Assembly: GCA_964645485.1 (NCBI GenBank)
Contig: CAZXZO010000002.1
Location: forward strand, 57,108 to 121,107
DNA: 64,000 nucleotides
Direction: 5' to 3'
Origin: an uncultured Candidatus Poseidoniales archaeon
Lineage (GTDB): Archaea > Thermoplasmatota > Poseidoniia > Poseidoniales > Thalassarchaeaceae
In this document: one piece after another, positions 17,989 through 26,573 of the stretch
Numbering within the stretch: position 1 is the first letter of the stretch
Layout: every line of letters begins with the position of its first letter
The notes under the pieces: generated by a model
The model's input: only the letters and a program-made list of their open reading frames with translations
Database searches by the model: none
Told to the model about the DNA's origin: nothing
Program-made: the position numbers and the translations under genes

Positions 17989-18600
17989 TCATTCTTCTTC
18001 TTCGAAGTCTTCTTCGTTTATTTCGCCTGAATTCAACTTTAGATATGATGGGAGTCCCATCAATTTGTCAAACGTCCGTGAAAGAATGAGCTCATCCAAC
18101 CGGGGGCTTGTGCGTGCTAGGAATTGAACTGGTATGTTGATTACACCGTTTTCTAATCTGTATCTTCTTCTTAGATTTCCTCTAGCCTTTACTTGTACGC
18201 CGCGATATGTGCGCTTAATTTTGACTAGCCCAATGACTACGCCGAGGTCTTCACCCTGGGTGTCAAGAACTGCTCTGTCAAGTAGTTCATCGGGGGCGTA
18301 TAATTTTTCATTGATACGAACTGTGTTTCGCCATCTGCGTTGCAATTCCCTCATTGACTTCGTAAGTTTGATACTCCCATCCGACTGAATGCTGTGAAGG
18401 AGTTCTTTTGAAAGTGGAGCGAACTCAGCAGGCTTGCGCATAAATTCGTCCGCAACACCTGGCTCAACCTGTAATCTGAAAGATTGGACTCTTTCTTCAT
18501 TGGGGTGATATCTCTCCCCCACTATTACTCCAACTCGCGTTTGTTTCACGTAAACTTCTCGTTGTAACAATTCCTGTATTCTAAATGATTCATCTGTCAT
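17989..18600 (-). CDS. PRC-barrel domain protein (possibly tandem)
   Basis: LLDRAVLDTQGEDLGVVIGL fits the PRC pattern. LLQREVYVKQTRVGVIVG looks like a second copy. Ends DFEEEE. Confidence 0.65.
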   Translation of the reverse strand: MTDESFRIQELLQREVYVKQTRVGVIVGERYHPNEERVQSFRLQVEPGVADEFMRKPAEFAPLSKELLHSIQSDGSIKLTKSMRELQRRWRNTVRINEKLYAPDELLDRAVLDTQGEDLGVVIGLVKIKRTYRGVQVKARGNLRRRYRLENGVINIPVQFLARTSPRLDELILSRTFDKLMGLPSYLKLNSGEINEEDFEEEE

Positions 18601-18627
18601 ATTTTTTCCCTCTCTATTACCGTGCAT

Positions 18628-19123
18628 CCCATGTCTCGGTCAATGTCCTACGCTCGGAGTCAGTATATTAACTATCTGCCGAATAACTAATCAGATATTC
18701 AATTGAAAAAGACGGATAATCATGAATATACCAATTGGTTGTTATAAATTTGGACAATTGACCACATAATCAAAATTCAATTGAATCTACTGGGGATATG
18801 CATTTAATTTACCAATATGAATAGCCTGTTTAGAATGATTATCCGAATAAGTTTTCCAATAGGAAAGACGGATAATACTAGCGACTTCCCATTTTGCAGG
18901 AATTATCTCTTTTGGTCCCGTAGTTTTCCAAAATTATTCGCTGTTTCCAATATAAAATCCTAAAAAAATTCTCAAAATGATTTTTCTTCACAATTGACAA
19001 GATTTTATTCGATAAGTTAATGATCGGATGGCACATTTTTTTTAATGAAACTACCAATTGAAAAATAGATAATTCAATTGGATAATTTGGGCATATAATT
19101 CATAATTTCCACAATAATATATC
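18628..19123. promoter_or_regulatory. Long AT-rich divergent intergenic region with repeated motifs
   Basis: AAAGACGGATAAT at 18708-18720 and 18864-18876, inverted ATTATCCG at 18838-18845, seven CAATTG palindromes between 18700 and 19080. Confidence 0.55.
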
Positions 19124-20686
19124 TTGCTCTACTCACAGCATAAATTGATGAGTGCACTCCTCTTCCCAATTCACATGGAAGATTCGTTCTTGTCTTTGTT
19201 AGATGAAATTCGGAAGAGGTCAGGACCCCGCCAAACTGTTGGCTTGAAGGACTCGGTCATCACTGAATTTGCTGCATCAGATCAAAATCTTGTAGACGCC
19301 ATTTCAGAAGCATCAAAAAATCACCAAGATTACTCGGCTGAATTTGGTCCAGATTTTTTAATGATGGATGAGTCGGAATTAATCAAAACCTTGCAATCAG
19401 ATTTCATAAATTTTTATCCTTCTGCAACAGTGAATCCCTATGTTGCAATTGCTGCTCGTGGCCCTTGGATAATCACTTCACATGGAGCTGTTGTCCACGA
19501 CAACGGTGGATATGGGATGTTAGGTGGTGGTCATGGCCCGAATAATGTCATCAACGTCATGTCAAAAAATTGGGTTATGGCAAATGTCATGACTGCTTCT
19601 TTTAGCCAGAAGAAGTTAACCGATGCATTACGCAGAGAAGTTGGTCATACTCGGGGCACTTGTCCCTTTTCAAAATTCATCTGTGTAAATAGTGGATCTG
19701 AATCAGTGACACTCGGTATGCGAATTGCTGATGTAAATTCCAATAATATGACTGGTCCAGGTGGACGTCATGAAGGTAAACCGATTAAGATAATCGCATT
19801 GAAACAAGGATTCCACGGTAGAACACAACGACCGGCTTCAATATCGGATTCTTGTAAAAAAGGATACATAGATAATCTTGCTACTTTCAGAAAGCGGGAT
19901 AATGTTATCATCGTAGAACCAAACAATGTTGAAGAATTACAATCAGCATTTTCAAGAGCTGAGGAAGAGAACTTTTTCATTGAATTATTAGCCTTAGAAC
20001 CAGTGCAGGGTGAGGGCTCTCCTGGACAAGCAGTAACTCGTGAGTTTTACGATGAAGCAAGAAGGTTAACTTCCGAACATGGAAGCATGTTGTTAGTTGA
20101 TTCCATACAGGCTGGATTCCGCGGCAAAGGCTGTCTTTCAATTGTCGATTATCCCGGATTTCAATCTGCTGAAGCCCCAGACTTAGAGACATGGTCAAAA
20201 GCACTCAATGCTGGGCAATTCCCTCTTTCTGTTGTAGGATTATCAGAGCGTGCTGCGCAATTGTACGTTGTTGGAATTTATGGAAATACCATGACAACAA
20301 ATCCCCGTGCACTCGAAACAGCAATAGAAGTACTCGACAAGATTACTCCAGAAGTACGGCAAAACATTGTTGAAAAGGGAGATGAATTTCTCACAAAACT
20401 TGCAGGATTACAGAAAGAATTCCCTAATGAAATCACCCTAGTTCAAGGTTCAGGTCTGCTTCTGTGCGTAGAATTAGATCCAGAGACTCTTCCTGTTATT
20501 GGCTTTGATTGTGTAGAGGAGTGGTGTAGATTAAACGGCCTTGGTGTAATTCATGGCGGAAAGAATGCACTCAGATTCACCCCTCACTTTGGAATAACAT
20601 CCAAAGAGATTGATTTGATAGTAGACTTGGTTAGATGTTGTCTGATTGAATTTACAATGGGTAAAGTGCATCAAATTGCAAAATAA
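19124..20686 (+). CDS. lat: Class III PLP aminotransferase, probable L-lysine 6-aminotransferase (Flavobacterium lutescens Lat type)
   Basis: FINFY, AARGPW, GGYGMLG, EVGHTRGTCPFSKFICVNSGSE, FHGRT, LVDSIQAG, ETWSKALN (PLP Lys), YGNTMTTNPRAL, VIHGGKNALRFTPHF. These match my recollection of that family. Start probably ATG 19148 or 19175. Confidence 0.8.
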   Translation: MLYSQHKLMSALLFPIHMEDSFLSLLDEIRKRSGPRQTVGLKDSVITEFAASDQNLVDAISEASKNHQDYSAEFGPDFLMMDESELIKTLQSDFINFYPSATVNPYVAIAARGPWIITSHGAVVHDNGGYGMLGGGHGPNNVINVMSKNWVMANVMTASFSQKKLTDALRREVGHTRGTCPFSKFICVNSGSESVTLGMRIADVNSNNMTGPGGRHEGKPIKIIALKQGFHGRTQRPASISDSCKKGYIDNLATFRKRDNVIIVEPNNVEELQSAFSRAEEENFFIELLALEPVQGEGSPGQAVTREFYDEARRLTSEHGSMLLVDSIQAGFRGKGCLSIVDYPGFQSAEAPDLETWSKALNAGQFPLSVVGLSERAAQLYVVGIYGNTMTTNPRALETAIEVLDKITPEVRQNIVEKGDEFLTKLAGLQKEFPNEITLVQGSGLLLCVELDPETLPVIGFDCVEEWCRLNGLGVIHGGKNALRFTPHFGITSKEIDLIVDLVRCCLIEFTMGKVHQIAK

Positions 20687-20718
20687 AGTGTTAATCATCA
20701 GTTTAGTGTAATGGGAAA

Positions 20719-21414
20719 TTGTATGAATCAACAATCAACGAAGGTGAGGGTATGCCAAAAATGGTAAACCTTCAAGGAGATGAGAGCGTTTTCTTTTCGT
20801 CATTAAAAGAGCGGCTTGAGAGGATAGAAATCGATACTGATTCAGCTGATGGAGTCCACATCGTATGCTGGGATAATGGTCCAGCAGTCAAATGTGATTT
20901 AGTAATCCGCCCCTCAACAAGTAAACCGTACCCAAGCGAGTCTCACTGTGAATTGGTATTGCACGATTTGTATATCCCTGGTGGGTCTGGAAAGTGGGGT
21001 CCTAAGGAAATAGAAGAGCAAATTTCGTGGTTGAACAATCCTATTGAAAAGAGGCCCGAAGGAGAGCCAAGGCACTGGATTCACGTTCGTGATGTAGTGG
21101 ATATGCTTTCAGTTTTTTTTACTAATCTACCAAGTGGTGTGGTTGATGTGAGTGGCAGACGTTGTTGGAGCCATGAAGCGATGTCAAGTGAATTGGAGAT
21201 GCTCTTCAAGAGGGTCAAAGCAGCGGAATCAAAAACTTTCCAATTAGATAACTTAAAAATTTTTGAGCCAAAAACCGAGCCAATGGTCTCACCACCTAGG
21301 CCTAACCTTGGCCCACTTCATGAGGCGTGTCAAAAGGCTGGATTGACGGGATGGCACCCTTCAATTCCGTTTAGAATTGGATTGATGGAATGCATTGCTC
21401 ATCAATTACTTTAG
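20719..21414 (+). CDS. Degenerate extended-SDR/epimerase-like protein
   Basis: HWIHVRDVVD and GWHPSIPFRIGLMECI resemble the epimerase C-terminal part. No GxxGxxG or YxxxK. Confidence 0.55.
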   Translation: MYESTINEGEGMPKMVNLQGDESVFFSSLKERLERIEIDTDSADGVHIVCWDNGPAVKCDLVIRPSTSKPYPSESHCELVLHDLYIPGGSGKWGPKEIEEQISWLNNPIEKRPEGEPRHWIHVRDVVDMLSVFFTNLPSGVVDVSGRRCWSHEAMSSELEMLFKRVKAAESKTFQLDNLKIFEPKTEPMVSPPRPNLGPLHEACQKAGLTGWHPSIPFRIGLMECIAHQLL

Positions 21415-21429
21415 TGCAATTTTGTATTT

Positions 21430-22443
21430 TCATTGTTCTGCGAAGAGACTTGCACCTAACAGAGGTAAGAGTAAGGAAGCATCCCCCTCCACAACAATTT
21501 GAGGCGCTTCCGCACGAATTTTCCCCCAACTAATTGCTTCTTTGAGTCTTGCACCCGATAATGAACCATCATGTTCTGAGGCGGTAGTGATTTGCACTGC
21601 AGAATCCAGTCCTCCTCGATATTGATTCCACCAAATAACATGGTGTTTTGAGATTCCTCCTCCAACCATCAAGGCATGGGAGGAGTCTGTGGTCCAAATT
21701 AAGTCAGAGAGAATTTGTTGATCTTCTAACAAATCAAGATTGAAGTCCCTTGCTTTTTGTCGATGCATGAACAATTGAGCTCCAATAGAACCATCATAAA
21801 TACCTGGTATAATAATCGGAATTCGATGCTTGGCGGCCCAATGAAGTAAACTTGATTCATCATCAATCCGATCCCCCAAAGCCCAGCATAATTCTACACT
21901 CCCGAATCCTTGCCACGGGTTTTCGGGATTTTCTGAGCGCCTCTCATCGTCAATTTCTTGTAATATTGGCATTACGATTTTCTCAATGATATCTCCATAA
22001 CTTGCATTTGGAACAATCACGTTTCCTAATCGATTCAAGCCCTGTTCACCTAGTTCGATATCATCTAACTCGAATGCTCCATGATAATAATCACTGAAAC
22101 TTCTGGCAATGTCATGGTCAAGAGTTCCACAAGTTGTGACAACAACATTGAATCTTTTTCTTTTCAATGCTTCAACGAAGAATCCACGTGTTCCGGTAGC
22201 ACAAAGGCAGGCAGGAAAAGAAAGCCAGTTCAATTGGCTATTCCCTTCTTCACTTGATGACTCATCAAATTGCTGAAACATATCTGCTAGAATGTCGCGG
22301 GCTAGGGCTAATTTAGTTGCTGTAAAACCACCAGCAGTTGCCATTTGGTCCAACAGTTTGGAGGCATTTTCAGTGGTAGAGAAATCATAATCCACCACTG
22401 GCAAATCAAAGTCTTCTTGGTTTACCATGACATCACCCGACAA
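21430..22443 (-). CDS. dys: Deoxyhypusine synthase
   Basis: GGFTATKL, TTCGTLDHD, GGGISKHH, DGSLSGARLKEAISWGKI (active-site Lys), EGDASLLLP. Confidence 0.93.
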   Translation of the reverse strand: MSGDVMVNQEDFDLPVVDYDFSTTENASKLLDQMATAGGFTATKLALARDILADMFQQFDESSSEEGNSQLNWLSFPACLCATGTRGFFVEALKRKRFNVVVTTCGTLDHDIARSFSDYYHGAFELDDIELGEQGLNRLGNVIVPNASYGDIIEKIVMPILQEIDDERRSENPENPWQGFGSVELCWALGDRIDDESSLLHWAAKHRIPIIIPGIYDGSIGAQLFMHRQKARDFNLDLLEDQQILSDLIWTTDSSHALMVGGGISKHHVIWWNQYRGGLDSAVQITTASEHDGSLSGARLKEAISWGKIRAEAPQIVVEGDASLLLPLLGASLFAEQ

Positions 22444-22467
22444 GCCGCCTCAAAATGAATACAGCGG

Positions 22468-23358
22468 TTATTCACAAATCCTCTCAATTTCCTTTATCAC
22501 TTCATTTGCGACATCAATTCCAGTTGCTCTTTCTATTCCCTCAAGCCCAGGTGATGAATTTACTTCCATCAACAATGGCCCTCGGCTAGACTCCAATAAG
22601 TCGACTCCACCGAATTGAATGTTTAGGGATTTACAAGCGTCAATACATATTCTCTCAATATCTGGTTCAAGTTCTAATTGGTCACCGGTTCCACCTCGGT
22701 GAATATTGCTACGGAAGTCATCACCCTTTCCCGTTCTCCTCATTGCGGCTACTACTTTATCGCCAACAACAATTGCTCTGATATCAGTTCCCTTGGATTC
22801 TGCGATATACTCTTGAACAATTATTGGTTGATGTAATCTAGCAAGCACATCAATAACTGATTCTGCACTTGCAACAGTATCACAGCGCATCACTCCAATT
22901 CCTTGAGTCCCTTCTAATAATTTCAGAACTACAGGTGGACCGCCCACTGTTTTGATACACGGGTGTAAATCGGCTGCTCCTCTTGCATATGCTGTTCTAG
23001 GAATGGGTAATTCCACTGCGGCAAAACGCTGTAGAGCACGTAATTTATCCCTACTCGCCCCAATTCCATTACTTGGGTTGAGGACTGGGACGCCTGCGGC
23101 CTGAAATTGTCGGAGAATGGTTAATCCATGGCGGGTGATTGAAGCCCCAATTCTAGGCACAATACAATCCATTGGTTGCACAATTTTGTCACCATTATAG
23201 AGAACAGTTGCCCCATCGGGAGATAAATCAATTGTACATCTTGTTGGGTTGAGATAACTAACTCCATGCCCCTCTCTTCTAGCAGCAGCAGCCAATCGAG
23301 TTGTGCTGTAGAGTTCAGGCCCTTGGGTCATGATGACAATCTCAAGTCTCCGCCCCAT
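22468..23358 (-). CDS. rimK: RimK family alpha-L-glutamate ligase (bacterial RimK-like)
   Basis: PRIGASIT, RDKLR, GGPPVVLKLLEGTQGIGV, VQEYI, DIRAIVVG, FRSNIHRGG, EVNSSPGLEGIE. Colinear with E. coli RimK as I recall it. Confidence 0.9.
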   Translation of the reverse strand: MGRRLEIVIMTQGPELYSTTRLAAAARREGHGVSYLNPTRCTIDLSPDGATVLYNGDKIVQPMDCIVPRIGASITRHGLTILRQFQAAGVPVLNPSNGIGASRDKLRALQRFAAVELPIPRTAYARGAADLHPCIKTVGGPPVVLKLLEGTQGIGVMRCDTVASAESVIDVLARLHQPIIVQEYIAESKGTDIRAIVVGDKVVAAMRRTGKGDDFRSNIHRGGTGDQLELEPDIERICIDACKSLNIQFGGVDLLESSRGPLLMEVNSSPGLEGIERATGIDVANEVIKEIERICE

Positions 23359-23404
23359 AACCTGACCTTCAGAGGCTCATTGTTTTCAAAATGACCGATT
23401 TGAG

Positions 23405-25813
23405 CTATCCCTGATTTTCCAATTGGAAAATTCGATCTCTCAATTGGGCAGCCTTCTCAAATTCAAGTCTACTTGCTGCCAGTTTCATCTGTTTTCCAAG
23501 TCTTTCAATTAGTCTTTCAAGATCTACGTCCTTTTCTGTATCATCACTAGTTAGGGTTGCTTTATCTTGTTCCAAAATTGAAGATGCAACACTCGCCCAC
23601 GAAGGTTGGCTTACATTGCTAACCGTTTCGCCCTCAGAACCCCATCCATCTGAGCCAAGGTCTAATCGTTTTGCCAAATCTCTTTCATCTTTAATTTTAC
23701 CACTCTGACCGGTGGTTCCACCAACAAATCTCTTACCGCCACTGCTACCAGTACCAGCAGTCCCAGCCAACAATTCCTCTGCTTCAATTCCCATTGTTGG
23801 CAATTCTTTGATGATTGTTTTAGGGACAATATTGTTCTTCAAATTGAATTCTTCTTGTCGTTGCCGCCTTTCAATTGTTTGTAAAATAGATGTACTCATC
23901 GCGTCAGACATTGAATCAGCATACAATAATACTCTACCGTTTTCGTTACGCGAAGCTCGGCCAATTGTTTGTAGAAGTGACCTCTCATTACGCAAGAAAC
24001 CCTGACGGTCGGCATCAAAAATTGCAACCAAGGATACTTCTGGAATGTCAAGGCCTTCACGTAACAAATTAATTCCTACAATCACATCGATGTGACCAAT
24101 TCGCAAAGCCTTGATGATTTCAGACCTTTCAATTGTATCGATTTCAGAATGAAGGTAATGTGCTTTCACGCCCATTCTCTGTAAATAGCTGGAAACTTCT
24201 TCAGCGAATTTAATAGTCAAAACAGTAACTAATACTCGTTCACCATTCGTTACACACTTGTTAATCTCGTCAAGTAAATCTTGCACCTGTCCCTCGGTAG
24301 GGCGAACCTCAATTTCCGGATCAAGTAACCCGGTTGGTCTGATTTCCATATGCACAACCCCGTCAATTTTTTCAAGAGATTTGAGAATACTTGGGGTCTT
24401 TTTTGGTTTTTGTAATTCAGGTTCAACCACTCCACCACCTCCTGGTACATGGAGCAACTCTTGGGGGACGTCTTGCCCAGTCACTTCTGCAAGATGTCTT
24501 AGTTCCCTTTCTCCTGGTGTTGCTGAGACGTACAACATCTGTGGGACAAGGTTTTGAAATTCATCTATGCGTAAAGGCCTATTATCTGCCGCAGAAGGTA
24601 ATCTGAAACCGTGCTCAATCAAAGACATCTTTCGCGAATGGTCACCTGCGTACATTCCTTTTAGTTGAGGTAATGTCACATGGCTTTCATCCATGATGAC
24701 AAGAAACTTTTCAGGGGAACCATGGAATTGATTAGCTGCCGCAGCAAAGAAATCAAGCAAACAGAATGGTCTTTCTCCATATGTTCTGCCATCAAAATGC
24801 ATGGAATAATTTTCTATGGCTTTGCAATGACCAGTTTCTCTAAGCATTTCTAATTCAAACTTAGTCCTAGTCTCAAGTCGATGGGCTTCCATCTCTTTGC
24901 CTTCTTTCTCCAATTCATCAGTTCTCTCTGATAACTCAAATTCAATATCTTCCAATGCTTGGGCGAATCTCTCTGGGCTAGTCATGAAAAATTCTTTTGG
25001 ATGGACCCACGCTTCCTCTAAATTATCAAGAGGTTCCCAAGAAACAGCTTCACAAACCTGAATTCTTGTAACTCCATCAAAGTCGAATCGAATCCGAAGT
25101 GGGTCATCCCTACTTGGCATCCAAACATCAACAACCTCGCCACGGCAACGGATTTCACCTCTAGTGATTTCACCTGTTACTCGTTGATATTGCAACTCTA
25201 CCAATTGTTTGACTAAATCCAAAGGTTCGATAGATTGGCCGACGTATATTCTTGCATGTTGTTTTAGGAATGTTTCTGGGGGATTGAGTCCGTAGATTGC
25301 GGACACTGTTCCAATGGTAATGACATCAGGTCGTGAGACAAGTGAAGCCACCGTTGCGAATCTTTCCTGCTCAATCCGCTCGTTCATCTGTAATTCTTTA
25401 TCGATGTATAAGTCGCGTTTTGGTAAATATGCTTCAGGTTGATAATAGTCATAATGACTAACAAAATACTCCACGGCATTTTCAGGAAATAGTGAAGACA
25501 TTTCCTGCCAGAGTTGACGCGCCAACGTCTTATTGTGGCTGAGAATTAAAGTGGGTATATTCAGTCTTTCAATGATATGCGCCATAGCGAATGTTTTACC
25601 CGAGCCAGTAACACCAAGAAGGACACCTCTTTCCTGTGAATTATTGAATTGAGAAATTAATTTTTCAATTGCTTGTTTTTGGTCGCCTGCGGTGTTGTAT
25701 TCAGAATGTAATTGGAAGCATGCTACCGAGGGGTCTAACCAGTCTAGAGCAGCACCTTCAATTGCTTTAGACAAATCAAAATGGTCGACGTCTTTTTCTG
25801 TCATAATATCCAC
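23405..25813 (-). CDS. uvrB: Excinuclease ABC subunit B
   Basis: GVTGSGKT, HNKTLARQL, YFVSHYDYYQPEAY, DESHVT, VSATPG, GINLLREGLDIPEV, QTIGRASRN, C-terminal UVR motif FEKAAQLRD. Confidence 0.97.
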   Translation of the reverse strand: MDIMTEKDVDHFDLSKAIEGAALDWLDPSVACFQLHSEYNTAGDQKQAIEKLISQFNNSQERGVLLGVTGSGKTFAMAHIIERLNIPTLILSHNKTLARQLWQEMSSLFPENAVEYFVSHYDYYQPEAYLPKRDLYIDKELQMNERIEQERFATVASLVSRPDVITIGTVSAIYGLNPPETFLKQHARIYVGQSIEPLDLVKQLVELQYQRVTGEITRGEIRCRGEVVDVWMPSRDDPLRIRFDFDGVTRIQVCEAVSWEPLDNLEEAWVHPKEFFMTSPERFAQALEDIEFELSERTDELEKEGKEMEAHRLETRTKFELEMLRETGHCKAIENYSMHFDGRTYGERPFCLLDFFAAAANQFHGSPEKFLVIMDESHVTLPQLKGMYAGDHSRKMSLIEHGFRLPSAADNRPLRIDEFQNLVPQMLYVSATPGERELRHLAEVTGQDVPQELLHVPGGGGVVEPELQKPKKTPSILKSLEKIDGVVHMEIRPTGLLDPEIEVRPTEGQVQDLLDEINKCVTNGERVLVTVLTIKFAEEVSSYLQRMGVKAHYLHSEIDTIERSEIIKALRIGHIDVIVGINLLREGLDIPEVSLVAIFDADRQGFLRNERSLLQTIGRASRNENGRVLLYADSMSDAMSTSILQTIERRQRQEEFNLKNNIVPKTIIKELPTMGIEAEELLAGTAGTGSSGGKRFVGGTTGQSGKIKDERDLAKRLDLGSDGWGSEGETVSNVSQPSWASVASSILEQDKATLTSDDTEKDVDLERLIERLGKQMKLAASRLEFEKAAQLRDRIFQLENQG
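23414..23431. repeat. Perfect 18-bp palindrome ATTTTCCAATTGGAAAAT
   Basis: Self-complementary over 23414-23431, within the last uvrB codons and about 55 nt upstream of the rimK start. Confidence 0.85.
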
Positions 25814-25835
25814 TCACAATTGATGACCCTTCAAT

Positions 25836-26564
25836 TTATGGTCGATATAATCCACCGTTGACATGTAAAATTGCACCAGTAATGTAACTAGAATCATCTG
25901 ACAAAAGGAACGAAATCACATTGGCAACTTCTTCAGGAGTTCCCAATCTTCCCATAGGAATTGTTTCTTCCCTAGCAGTTCTTTTCTTTGGTGTGTCATT
26001 CGCCACCAAGTCTGTACTGATAGTTCCTGGAGCAACCACATTTACTCTTTGGCCATTCGGGGCTACATCAATTGCGAGTGAACGTGCCCAACTGTGTAAT
26101 GCACCCTTTGAAGCGGAGTAATCTGCACCTGTCGCAGTCCCTTTAATTCCGAGTTGACTACCTAATACTACGATTGATGCACTTTTTGAGAGGTATGGGG
26201 AGAGTGCTTTCCACACAAGAAATGAGCCTGTGAAATTGACATTCATAGTTTGTTCAAGTGCCTCAAGAGTTAGTTCCTCGGCCTTACCACGTTCATACAT
26301 TGCATGATTCAATACCAGAGCATCAACACCTTCTCGAATCCATGGATGGTCTGCCAGAACCATTACCTCACCGGTATCAGAGCAGTCAACCTTTACGGCA
26401 ACACAATCACAGCCGATTTCTCTTACATCTGAAATTACACTTTCAGCAGATTGAGAATCTGTATGGTATGTGATTATTAGTCTGTAACCTTCACTAGCCA
26501 GACGCCTAGATGTGGCGGCTCCAATACCTCTACTTCCGCCTGTGATTACTGCTAATTTCACCAT
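25836..26564 (-). CDS. Short-chain dehydrogenase/reductase (FabG-like)
   Basis: TGGSRGIG, YSASK, NVVAPG, GRLGTPEEVA, YITGAILHVNGG. Confidence 0.92.
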   Translation of the reverse strand: MVKLAVITGGSRGIGAATSRRLASEGYRLIITYHTDSQSAESVISDVREIGCDCVAVKVDCSDTGEVMVLADHPWIREGVDALVLNHAMYERGKAEELTLEALEQTMNVNFTGSFLVWKALSPYLSKSASIVVLGSQLGIKGTATGADYSASKGALHSWARSLAIDVAPNGQRVNVVAPGTISTDLVANDTPKKRTAREETIPMGRLGTPEEVANVISFLLSDDSSYITGAILHVNGGLYRP

Positions 26565-26573
26565 TTCATCACC

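Noticed and set aside
17720-18127. 135-aa plus-strand ORF
   Set aside because: Antisense to tRNA-Ile and the PRC-barrel gene.
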